This document shows positions 26,354 to 37,900 of a DNA stretch of 64,000 nucleotides, one piece after another (positions within the stretch are counted from its first letter, which is position 1; every line of letters begins with the position of its first letter). Both the position numbers and the translations under genes were made by a program. The notes beneath the pieces were generated by a model, which had not been told where the DNA came from, searched no databases, and worked only from the letters and a program-made list of their open reading frames with translations. The DNA lies in assembly GCA_051362555.1 (NCBI GenBank), contig CM120644.1, positions 23,272,534 through 23,336,533 of the forward strand. Direction: 5' to 3'. The stretch comes from Lingula anatina (Eukaryota; Animalia; Brachiopoda).

Positions 26354-27849
26354 TTTGCAGTTGTCAGGCCCATAAAAGTCATTGTCATATTTTTGAACTG
26401 TATGGTATTCGTATGCATTCAAGTACTAGCAAAAACTTAGGGAATTTTTTTCGAAAAAGTCTTGTGGACCATGACCACTCATTTATGAGTCAGAATGATA
26501 ATGCTTCTCCGCGCACAGCCAAGGCAACAGCTTCACGCCCATTTGGAAGAATTAACCAAGCTCGGCCGAACTTCTGGACAAGATTTAGCCTTGTTACAGA
26601 GCCGCTCACGGAGATTGGTTTAGAGATTATCCAAAGGGAAGAAGTCACCAAACAGACAACAAGTCAAACCAATTCAGAGCATTTATTTTTCTTTAACCAC
26701 CTTTTAATACAAGTTTCTAAGTACTCGTACTTATAATAATGAACAGTGCGTATGTCTGAATTTTTTTTTTTTTTTTTTCTTTTTTTTTTAATAAAATAAT
26801 TACAAAATCCTACTTTTGTTTGCAGCTCCACAATTGACTGGATGCACTAGACGTTTCAGATATAAACATCTTTTTTTACTTGATAATGCATTAACGGAAA
26901 TCCTCATTTTACACAGAAAAACACTGTCCAGATTATGGTCAAGCATAGACTTATACAATAAGATCAAGCAAATGTCCCGGTTGATTGGTGAGGAGGGCCA
27001 ATGGTCTTCTCTTTCAAGCTATACATTTTTGAAAAAAATAAATGTCATGACCGCTAGCCTTTCTTTAATTTCACAGTATACAGAATGATGTATTAATTAT
27101 TATAGTGTATTAAGTGTTGTATGAGTGGCAATTTATCGCTAGAATCATATTAAACTAAGAACGCTTAGTGTAAGCAAACAGTATGTAGTTTGCAGATCAT
27201 TTGATATCGCCTACTGATCTGTAAAGGCCCAGTCTGCACCAAGTAATGCAATAACGAGTGAATTCTTATCAGTTTAGGTATACACCCAAGTATTGGTACA
27301 ACACGACAGCTGACATCTCTTTAATTCATTTACGTTCATTCCAAAGACTCTAGGTTCTACATCAGTATTTTTGTTAACTGTGATTGATGTATTTTCAAAC
27401 TACGAATGGGTTGTGTTCATCGAATCAAAAACTGCTGATAGTGTGTGAGAAGCTTTTAGTAATATTTTAGCCGAAATCCAGCAATCCTACAAACAGATGC
27501 AGAAGCAGAATTTACAATTAAAACATTTCAGATATATTTGAAAGATAAAGGAAAAGCCTTTTTCACAACAAAGATGGATCAAAAAAATTGGCCGTTGAAC
27601 GGTTTAACAGAACATTGAAATCTCGCATGGACACATATTTCGCCGCCAACAGTACACTGGCATATTTATATGCACTCGACCAACTTTTAATAGGATAAAA
27701 CATGGCTGAACACTAGAGCATTGGTACAGTACATCACCAATGGAAGCGTCAAAATGAAAATAAAAATTCGGACGAGGAATGGAAAAACCTTTACATGTGT
27801 ATGAAATTTGAAAAAGAAAAGTTTAAATTCAAGGAGGGAGACACCGTAA

Positions 27850-28700
27850 AGCCTCGGTCACAACCGGCCGTAGGGGCTCTAACGAGCTGTTTGCGTACAA
27901 ATTTTGCTCAGAATCTCACGTCCCACGCAAGTCCTTCTTACGAAATTTCGAGTTCGCAGACAGTCCATAAGCACGTACGGAGGATGTTGGACATGTCCAA
28001 AAGATTCTACAAATAGCCTGTGAACAGCGAGACCGCAAGCGCTACTTGCTCCTTTCTCACGGAGTTAGCAAGAGAGACGCGCGTCTCAAGCAATGAAGAG
28101 GCGCACGCCCTCACAACTAACGAACAAAGTCGAGAGCACACCGGGAATGCGTAGCACGTGCGTCACCCCCACGCCTGGTGTATAAAAGGCGTGCTCACGA
28201 CGCGTACTCGTGTCTTTACAATGAACGTCGACTGTGTAACGTGTACAACAATTTTGAAAATTTTCAAATTTTTTGCTCTATTTAGTTTCTAATATGCCTC
28301 CAGAAGGCAAGAGAAAGAAGCTTTCATAGCAGTAAAAAAAAAAGGGAGGAGGAAGAAGAAAGAAGAGAAGAACAGGAAGCAAAACTGACGTACGCCGTCA
28401 GTACGTCACTACAAACGTGTGAGGCAAGTGTGAAGCAAAACCGTGCGTTACATTCCCTTCGTTAGTGGTGAGTGTGTGCCACGTACACAGGAAGCAAGAC
28501 AAACTCAAGAAATGAGTGCAATTTCCACGGCCATTGCTCTTTGCAATTAGCATCCATGCTTGAAAGAACATCTCATGTGGCCCTTGCGACTCGCAAGGCA
28601 GACTTTCCTCCACCTCTACGACCTCCACGGCCTCCGCAACACCCAAAATCGCAGGGGACGTAAGATCCTGAAATTCGTACGTCCGGTTGTGACCGAGGCT
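27850..28700. mobile_element. PIF/Harbinger-like non-autonomous element
   Basis: TIRs agcctcggtcacaaccgg / ccggttgtgaccgaggct with TAA target-site duplication. The homologous sites in the other integrase copies are empty. Confidence 0.9.
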
Positions 28701-29351
28701 TAAGATTGAGCAAACATTTTAAACTCCCTGTGACAAAAGCCTCGAGCATGGTTGGGTGCAGGAGTTGTTTATGATAACGCAACGTTATGTCAATGAGAGA
28801 AAAGCTGCACAGAGAGTTCTACAAAACCTACAAAGACGACCACGTGATGCAGTCCGTGGATGCACTCATACTCTATAAAATCATCCAGATACTATGTGTG
28901 AAACTTTCATACCGTTTAATAAGACCATCCTGGCTAAAGCGTCCACAAGGTACGAGTTGGGAAGATTTGGGGAAGAGCGCTGGAAAAAATTGGAATTAGA
29001 ATCCCATCAATATTCTAAAGACCCTTGTTCCGTAGTCCCTGATAATAATTTGTACAATGCGGAATATATACGTTACTTCACAGGAATTAATACCAAGGTT
29101 AACGAAAGTAACTATGACGTTGGCTAGATGTACTCTCACTCAAAGGTGACGAGGCACAAATTCCTTCCGGCGCCAAGTTATGTTGGTCACTTTGAGGCTT
29201 AAATAGAATATATAGAATATATTACCATCTTTCCAACCCTGCTAGCTTTGGAAGAGCGTCGAAAATAAATGGAGAAGCGCAATTTTTTTTTTTTTTTTTT
29301 AATTTACCCGTAAGCAACTTGAAGAGTTCTTGACAAGACAATATACAAATA

Positions 29352-29519
29352 CAGGGGCGGATTTAGGCCGTCTTCTGGGTCTTCTGGAAGACGGTCAGAT
29401 TTTCAAGTTTACATTGTCAGCCATCTAATGTTTTCTGTCGGAAGACGGTCAAAAATGGAAGATGGGTCAACAAAGATAATTTGGAAAACTGTCAGAAAAT
29501 ATCTCTGGATCCGCCCCTG
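29352..29519. mobile_element. MITE with CAGGGGCGGAT TIRs and 5-bp TSD
   Basis: caggggcggatttag ... ctggatccgcccctg with TSD aaata. Decayed inverted relatives at ~46070-46225 and ~48618-48792. Confidence 0.85.
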
Positions 29520-29739
29520 AAATACACTAAATGCTTAAGTCAGAAAAAGATTCCATACAAAGAAGCAGATAATGACACTTTATTCATACCATAGTTAACT
29601 GCAATTTAATAACATTATTTCAACATCAAAATTATCCACAAATAATTGAACAAATCGTAAAATGTGTCCAATAGACTTAAATAAAAATAGTTTCAACACA
29701 AACAATTTAACATCTTCCCAGTGCTTAGTATCCTCACTA

Positions 29740-30812
29740 CAAGGATGACTTGTCACGATTTAATTACGTTGTATTGTAAGTGGCAAACAAAAGACAAAGG
29801 AACCACAAATTCGGTTGCAAATCAGTTGCAAAGCAGTCGGCGACCTGTTAGCAACCGGTTGGATACTACAAGTAGGTTTTTCGGTCGCCAGGAGGTTATC
29901 GGTGCTGCACCGAAAACCGGCGCAACCGGATATTAACCCAGCGTTCATTTGGAAACCACTTTGCGAGTTGTTGCAACCGGTCGCCGACCTTTTTGCAATC
30001 GGTGACAGTTGCAAGTCGCAAAGAGGTTTTTTGTTCAGTGTGACCGTAACTGCACAGGCCTTGCGACCTCAAAGAGACCAAGTATTTGAACAAGAAAATA
30101 GTAAAGAGTATTATGAGATTAATAAGGATTAAAACATTTGCAAGTTTATGTTTTTATTGCAGCACTGGTTTCGTTAGGTGAGGGTGTAGTCTTTTCAAAA
30201 GTTCACAAAACATTGTTCATTCTATTTTTAGGAATGAAATGAAAACTTCCTGATTTTCCAGTCAAAGTTCTTTCATCAAATTTTTGTAATCGCCTTACGG
30301 GGGGCGTCTTGCAATCCACGGGTTCACTCAGTATTTTCGAGTTTTTTTTAGTCGTTTTACTTCTTAGGTAAACAAAGTCAATGATTATAGCACTCCCGTC
30401 TTTTTGAAAAGGAGTCGCTTTACTACAACATTTTTGTCTTTTGAGAGGGGAATTTATGGGAAAGCAGCTACTGTCACAAGTTAGCAGCATATATGTTCTG
30501 TGCGACCTTGCTGCTACCAGTTGACAAGCTATTGATACAGTCCTGCAACCGGTCTTCGGTCACCGAGTGATTGCAGACAGGTTGTGTATCGCTCGGCAAA
30601 CAGCGTGCGACTGGTAACCTATAACTTGAAGATGGTCTATAAGAGGTTGCAGATACCATACTGCAACCTTGTTGCAACCGGTTTGCGACTGCTTGCCGAT
30701 CAAAATTGGCCACAGCTTCTTAATTAGCTTGCAAAGTGATCGCAAGCGACCGCCAGATTTTGTGGTTGCAAAAAGGTTGCAAAAAGGTCGCAAGCGCAGT
30801 GTGACCCGGCCT
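29740..30812. mobile_element. Harbinger-like non-autonomous element with (tt)gcaacc subterminal repeats
   Basis: Right end cagtgtgacccggcct-taa, left end unclear. A related end occurs at 44783-44850. Confidence 0.6.
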
Positions 30813-31099
30813 TAAACTAGCCCGGCCAGTATAAAATAAATTCGGATGATGATGATTATTTACGTTGACCATCTATCTGAGCACTTCTCACCTGCGCATT
30901 ATCTCCTTCATCTTAATAATAATATAATAATATATTTATTTAAAGTCTAAAATCCATAAAATATGTTCTGTAGACTTTACAAACTAAAAACTAAAAACAA
31001 AGTTTAAAAGAAGAATCGACTTTACAAAATTGTGACCTAAGAGTCTGAGTTAAGATAAAGATGTCCAGTTAATGTTTTCGAGTTATAAAATGTTCTTTA

Positions 31100-32580
31100 A
31101 TAAAATTTGTTAAAAAGGTATGTTTTAAAGCTTTTTAAATATTCCACTGAGCTAATGCTTGTCAAGTCCACAGGTAATTTATTCCACTCATGTACTGCTA
31201 CGTACTGGAATGATTTTTCGCCAAAAGATTTTAGTCTTGCGTTCTGTGGTTTTAGTAATAATTGATCCTTAGATCTTAAGGTACGATTTGGTGTGTAATG
31301 AGATACAAGTTCACAAATACAATCTGGTGCAAGTCCATAAAAAGCCGCATGAGCGTGGGTTAAACGTTTGAATAAGATTTACAGGTAGCCAGTGAAATTG
31401 TTTTAATATCGGTGTCATGTGACTCTCCATAGAAGTTCGGGTAAGAAGACGTGCTGATATATTTGAATGCGTTGGACTTTCTTTGTTTTTTCTATGCCAC
31501 ATCCATAGAGCAAGGAGTTACAGTAATCAAGCCTTGATGTTACTAGGGCATGAATGACCGTGGCAGTAGCAGAATCTGTTAAATTATTTCGTAGGGAACT
31601 GATGTTTCTTATGTGATACAAACAAGTTTTTTTCACATTGGCTATCTGCTTGTCTATGTTTAAAGTAGTATCAAAATACACCCTCAGGTTTTTTGCATGA
31701 GGATAAACCCCAACTATTACAGATTCAATTTGTAGAGATAGTTCTTCAGCTAAGTGTTTTGAGTGTGGTCGAGAGATGACCATGAATTCTGTTTTTTCAT
31801 CATTTAATTTTAGTTTACTTTTGATCATCCATTCTCGCAAATCTGAAATGGCACAGGTCATTCTAGTTATTGCATCTCCAGGCTTAAGAATATCACAGTT
31901 AGGGTACAATTGGGTGTCGTCTGCATATATATGATAGCCAATTTGATGATATCGTAGTATAGTACCCAAGGGTAGTGTGTAAATGCAAAATTTAATTGGT
32001 CCAACAACGCTGCCCTGTGGAACACCAAAAATCATTTGCTCAAGATCTGAAAGTACACCGTTGATGGATATCTGCTGTGTTCTACCAGTGAGAAAGGACC
32101 GTAGAAGAGACAAAGCCTTGTCCTTAATTCCAGCTGATTTCTCAAAAAATGATAGAAGAGTGGCATGGTCGACTGTATCAAATGCTGCTGAAAGATCTAA
32201 TAGCACTAGTTAGACTGCAGAATGATTGTCAACACTAGTCAGAAGGTCATTTTTTTATTCTCAGAAGAGCAAGCTAAGTGTTATGTTTTGCGTTATGAGC
32301 AGATTGCATTTTTCCACTAAATTGTTCTGTTTCAGATGCTCAAAAAGCCTCGTTGCCATGACTCTTTCTACCAGCTTTTAAAAGAAAGATATATTACTCA
32401 CAGGTCTATAATGATTAAAGACATTATGATCCAAGTTATTCTTTTTCAGAAGAGGTTTGATTACTGCACTTTTGAATGAGTCTGGAGATATTCCCTTTCT
32501 TAAGCATAAGTTCACCAGTTATGTGATAGGATTTATGACAGTTGGTAAAATCTGGGTCAGCAATGTTGTTGGGATGGGGT
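31100..32580 (-). mobile_element. L2/CR1-group LINE reverse transcriptase, 5'-truncated pseudogene
   Basis: YRPVSN, LLDLSAAFDTVDH, GVPQGSVVGP, YADDTQLY, LKLNDEKTE, LVTSRLDYCNSLLYG, LKQFHWLPV, with frameshifts. Confidence 0.95.
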
Positions 32581-33441
32581 CTAAAGAACATGATGTCTTT
32601 TTTGAACTCGTAATGATTTTTGAGACTTCTGTTACAGTTGTCACACTGAACGCGGAGAGAGTGGATACTGGCCTCGGTAGAAGTTCGGTTATAGGTGGAT
32701 GTGATCCGGTGGATCCGGATAGGAGAGCAAATGTGTATGAGGCCCTGAAAATGACAGAATTTGTTTAACAAACAAATCCAGTTAAGTGACCAATTTACAT
32801 GAAATTTTCATGAGGCCCTGAAAAGGTCAGAGTCTGATTAAGAAAAGTGAAAAGGGGGGGGGGGTTAGTTCAACTTACTGAGAGAAATTCTATCTGATGG
32901 GTCCATGCTTATTAGGCTCAAGTTTGTATTGCCCCATGTCCGAAAGGTGTGCTCCAACCCGAGTGGCATTCAGCAAACAAAGTGAAAAATGATATTATTA
33001 TTACTATTATCATTATTATTGTTATAATTATAAGAACCAAACCCTCGATGATTGAGGAAACTAGTGAATGAAATGCCCTCTTAAGATGCTTGCCCGGTTG
33101 CCAGGGATGAACATCTAGAATTATGTCAGACTCCTGTCTTCGTTCTTAAGACTGTATGTTATCATGGGGTAAACTTTACATGAAGGTTTGAATCATGGTC
33201 TTATATACTACCGAGGAGACTGAATTTCCAAGATGAAGCAATTTATTTTGTTTTTGGAGGATTTCTTTATTTACACTCAAATATACGGCAAGTTGTCATG
33301 TTAGCCTCTAAAATAACCGATGCCCAAGATCATTATTAAATTGACGTATATTATAAAATGCGTTCTTCTATTTCAACCACTGGTCCTAAAAACATTACGA
33401 TTTTAAAAGCATGTCTAAGCTAGTGTGCATTTTTGAAACTC

Positions 33442-33444
<3 letters not shown>

Positions 33445-33505
<61 letters not shown>
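33445..33505. repeat. (TA)n microsatellite; others at 541-571 (CT), 5246-5285 (TA), 9940-9995 (TTA), 42357-42425 (TA), 43484-43536 (TA), 59673-59716 (GT)
   Basis: Read directly. Confidence 0.95.
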
Positions 33506-33508
<3 letters not shown>

Positions 33509-34689
33509 TTATCTTGTTGTGAGTTCAGATGTATTACTTAATAGTCGCCACTGAATTGTTGAATGATTAAAGTAATTCAGTCTATTTCGCCAGTAACTCG
33601 TAATTCCAGTGTATTTGTTCATCTTTATAGCTCGTATTTATCTTTAGAGAACTACTACTAGGCGGCTGTCAGCCTTTATCACTATCATAACAGGTGGCCA
33701 GGATGTATTTGCTATGGTGAGGGCATAATTACCCTCAGCAGTAGGGTCAGGGATTGTAAGCCTCTATCAACTGCTTAATTAAGGGACCAGCCTCAGTTAA
33801 TAGGCCATAGAAGGGCCATAAAGCTCGGTTGTAATTTTAATTTTAACCAGAGAACAGGAGACTTTTCATGGAGCCTTGTTACTTGAAAATGGGTCAGGAA
33901 TACAAGACATGTTTTTACGATTAACTAGGGTGGGAAAGTTTTGCAATATCCTACTGAAAGCTGAAAGAGTGAAGTCCTAAGAAAATGAACAGAGGTCATT
34001 GAATATGATAAAAATGAAGGCAATGTGCTTCAATAAGTATTGAAATCTTCCATATCTGGGGGACTTGTAATACCCATGCAAAATTATCCTGCTTACTGAA
34101 AAGTGAAAAGCTAATAACTATTTACTTCTCTGACTAACTTAAGATGCTCTATCAGTTGTAATGCCCTAAGTAAGTGAACCCAAGTAGTAGAGATGTGTGA
34201 AGGGTGGGGGTTGATATAAGACCACAAATTTTCTTCAGAAGACTTAAAGACAGAGCTATAAATGTGAAACTCAATGATATGTAAGCAGTAGGTGTAAATG
34301 GTAACTTCAGTGATAACAAAAACGAATAGTTGATGAGGCAAGGAGGGTTGATTTTTGGATTGAGCTGGTTTATAATGATGTGCAGGTCAGACTGAGCAAG
34401 ATACTCTACTTTGCTAAGGTATCTACCCTGAACAGTGAAACGTCTGACGAGGAATATGATAGAAGTGGGAAACTAATAGTAGGTAACTGAATCGGCATAA
34501 TGTGATATCCAATAAATTTCGGGACATTGCGTCCGCCTATGTCTTCAGGTGACTGGAGATTCTACACGCAAGGACCCTTAATTTCTTTGTGCAGTCGCAG
34601 TGACCGCTATCGGAGCAAACAAGCAACTCCTGGATAAAGAACGTTTTGTCAACTGCAACTGCTAAATAGCTACGTTTTTTAGAGTTTGG

Positions 34690-35030
34690 GTGGGGATATC
34701 ATTCCACGCAGTGATATTTGCCTTTCGCAGTTCATCACTATTTACCGGCCGATGACCATAGCTATTAATTCTGTGAGTTACTTTTGCCCAAAGTTTTTCA
34801 ATTGGGTTCATATCTGGAGAGTTTGCAGGTTAGGGCAGTTGCTGAACCCATTGGTTTTGAAGAAAAACAGCGATTCTGCGGCCTCGATGTGGGGTTGCGC
34901 AGTCGTCTTGATACAAAAAGTTGTTCCTTAAGATGACTCTTACCAATCGAAGCATTGTTTGCTGTAGAATGTCTCTGTAGGAAGCCTTGATGAGGTTGCC
35001 TCCTAGAAAAACCAACTGGTTCTGGGCACC
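34690..35030 (-). mobile_element. Tc1 transposase remnant
   Basis: GNL...YRDILQQ...NFLYQDDCATPHR...QQLP*PANSPDMNPIEN, matching Tc1 QDDNAPxH and WPxxSPDLNPIE. Confidence 0.85.
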
Positions 35031-35199
35031 GACATGTCTAGTCTAGGGGAAGATAGAAGAAATTACTCATGTATGTACTTAAGGACGCGCGAACAGACTG
35101 GATATAATAAGATCCTCGATTCTTGTCCTTAAAGTGCGGGAATAATGATATTAATATGTCGTTACTTAAATATAACTTTTTGTTGTCTTTATTTGACAG

Positions 35200-35802
35200 G
35201 TTCCACTGCCCAGAATCACCAAAACGCCCCACCGTCTGGCATTTTACCTGATCCGCTCTCTAGTCAGTTAAACATTTCACGAACCAAGATATCCAAATAC
35301 GACGAATTTGCACAATGTTTGGCAAATTCACCCCAACGTGCGTACTATACAGTGGGTGTGAACAACAGCATTTTCTACTCCGTGACGAACCTAGTCCAAG
35401 GAACGTGGGAAACCAAAAAGACGGGTCGTGGGCGAGACACACGAAACCTTGACCACGCCCATATTGTGGTAAAGAAAGTCGAGGTCATCGTGAACCAACG
35501 TTTGAAAGAGCGTTATGAGACTACCAAGGATCAGCACCACATACGTCAAACACAGAGCCGTTTGAAACCTTATTATTACGTGGATCCTACGAAGAAAAAG
35601 CCCATGACCGCCGAGATAGATTCCCCTGTATTGAATACACTAAATGAGGACATCAATGAACATTACCTATTTCATGGAACAAAGAGTGCATATATACCAT
35701 CTATTTGCACAATGGGGCCAGATCTCAGGATCGCTGGAAGAGGAATGTTTGGTCGAGCAATTTATTTTTCAGAGAGCGCCACCAAAGCGGATCAGTACGC
35801 AG
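35200..35802 (+). CDS. PARP catalytic domain, exon A
   Basis: Acceptor ttgacag|gt, donor gcag|gtacgt. Encodes NEHYLFHGT (His) and GMFGRAIYFSESATKADQYA (Tyr), a tankyrase/PARP12-like signature. Confidence 0.92.
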
Positions 35803-37004
35803 GTACGTCGAGGCGGGCATGGAGTATGCCTACGTATGAACATATCTACAACTGCTCGTTTTAGTTTTCTCATTGCAGTATTTTGTTATTATTGTTGTCG
35901 TTTGTATTTTAGAAGTGGCGGCCAAACATACACCTCTTGAAAACTTTACAGGTATTTCGGGAAATAACAGTAAGCATAGTATACCTACTTGCACCCATGC
36001 ACATGAAATCAATAAAATATATTTATTATATTTCATTTTGCATTTTTATCTTCCTCCAGACAACATGGACGACAGACAAACGGAAGACCTTCAAATACTG
36101 ATTTTTCGCGTTCTTCTTGGAAATGCCTACTATTGCGAGGAACGACAGACATTTAAAAGACCGCCGTGCCTCTGTAGGAAAGAGATTTGCTGTGAGCATC
36201 ACGAGACCTTCGACTCCGTGATATGTGATACCAGGAAGTTATTCCGGGAATTCCTCCTGTTCACGGCGGAACAGTGTTACCCGGAATACATCGTGACCTA
36301 TGACCGGATTGACCAAATTCAGGCTAGAGGTAAGCAAAATCTTACAAGCGAATATTTAATCAATTAACCGATGGATCAGTAGTTTTATGATTTTTTTATT
36401 ATATTTCCTTCAATTATCATTTACATTTTAAAATGTTCATTACTCTTATAGATTACATGCAAAGTTAAAGAGGCCTTAAAAGTAATACTTAAAAGGACAC
36501 TTTTTGGAATTTTTCCGCAAAATATGATTTTTAGAGATTCTCTCCATGCCTAACCCACCCTCCCACAGTCATATTTATGTCATGTAAAGCTTCTTAAATT
36601 CTTAATAAATTCTTAATAATAAACAATAATAAATAAAAAATATAGTTTTTTTATATTTATTGTCTTGCATACATTCTTTGGGATAACGGATATATCTTCA
36701 GTGTTCAGTGACTCACTTAAACTAAAGTATCATATTTTGAATGAAATAAAACATCGAATCCAAGTGCAGGGATGGATCAAGCAATTACTCGTGAGTGGAA
36801 GAGATACGCTCTTTCCTCCAGGGAAATTAATTTTGTGGATAAATTCCATGGAGTTAGCCTTTAATCAGAACAATTTAAAATAAAAACACGACTTTTTGTG
36901 TTGCTTTTAGTCATGCCTCAACTTACTGTGACGTCACTTAGTGTGAGAGCTGCCGACCGTTGGCTGTTTATGAAGGAAGCCTACAAGGACGATGTATAGA
37001 TAAA

Positions 37005-37039
<35 letters not shown>

Positions 37040-37406
37040 ACTACTATACATTATATCACGGAAAATATGATCAATTCACTTTGGAAGAGTGCTCTACCCA
37101 TGGTGATTGGGCTTATAAACAACTTAGGGTGTTAAGGGTGTATTAAACATGGAGAAAACAGATTAACTATATATATTTTACAGCCTTCTTGGCACTAGTA
37201 GGTACTCAATTTGATGTCTACTTCAGGTCTACCAAAACTGTGGCCTGCCGCGTGGACGCGCTGTCATCATCAACAACATCAAATTCCAGCACCATGAGAA
37301 GAGAGACGGGTCAGAAATGGACTGTAAGGCGCTGGTAGAGCTGATGGAACAGATGAGTTATACCGTCATTGTGCATAATGATCTGACCGCAAAGGTGAGC
37401 TGGTGC

Positions 37407-37437
<31 letters not shown>

Positions 37438-37864
37438 TGAATGCATGTATGTGGCCGTGGGCATGTGCTTCTGTGTTCGTTCATTTGTGTATATATCTAT
37501 GAATTGGGAATACAGCTTCACGGTATGTTACAAAGTTATTACTAGAATGTATATCACACAATATGTACATCTAATGTGATGATTTTAGGGAATCTTTGAT
37601 GTGATGGAAACTGAAAGCAAACAACCTAGCCACTGGAACAGTGATTCCTTCATCGTGTTTATCCTGAGTCACGGTATGAGTAACGCAGTGCTCGGGACAG
37701 ATGGCAACTGTTTGCCGTACAGTATGATGTATATGCACTTTACCACCGACCGCTGCCCCGCCCTGGCGGGAAAACCAAAAATATTTTTTATTCAGGCGTG
37801 TCAAGGAAGTAAGTCAATAAATTAATTCAAATATACAATTTTGGCAGACTGGTTATGATTTCTA

Positions 37865-37900
<36 letters not shown>

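Larger units (their letters stand above)
27380..29560 (+). mobile_element. Another copy of the Polinton integrase/unknown-ORF unit, interrupted by two MITEs
   Basis: LQTDAEAEFT, AVERFNRTLKSRM, FKFKEGDTV[MITE]RLSKH, EFYKTYKDDHVMQSVDALILYK. Colinear with 1346-3345. Confidence 0.88.

Noticed and set aside
26413-26736. ORF with QNDNASPRTAKAT, and an HTH-like TDIARQL at ~42750
   Set aside because: Possibly tiny Tc1 remnants, but a single short motif each is too little to call.
33900-34450. Possible LINE endonuclease remnant on the minus strand (ILHGYYKSP)
   Set aside because: Too degraded to support by eye.
35145-35864. ORF-track proteins 35145-35864 and 35873-36367 as two stand-alone genes
   Set aside because: Their ends run into intron sequence. 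Splice sites at 35199/35803 and 36059/36330 join them into one PARP domain.
37184-37226. Alternative acceptor ttttacag at 37183 for the first caspase exon
   Set aside because: It gives an in-frame TGA before the caspase sequence and the wrong phase.
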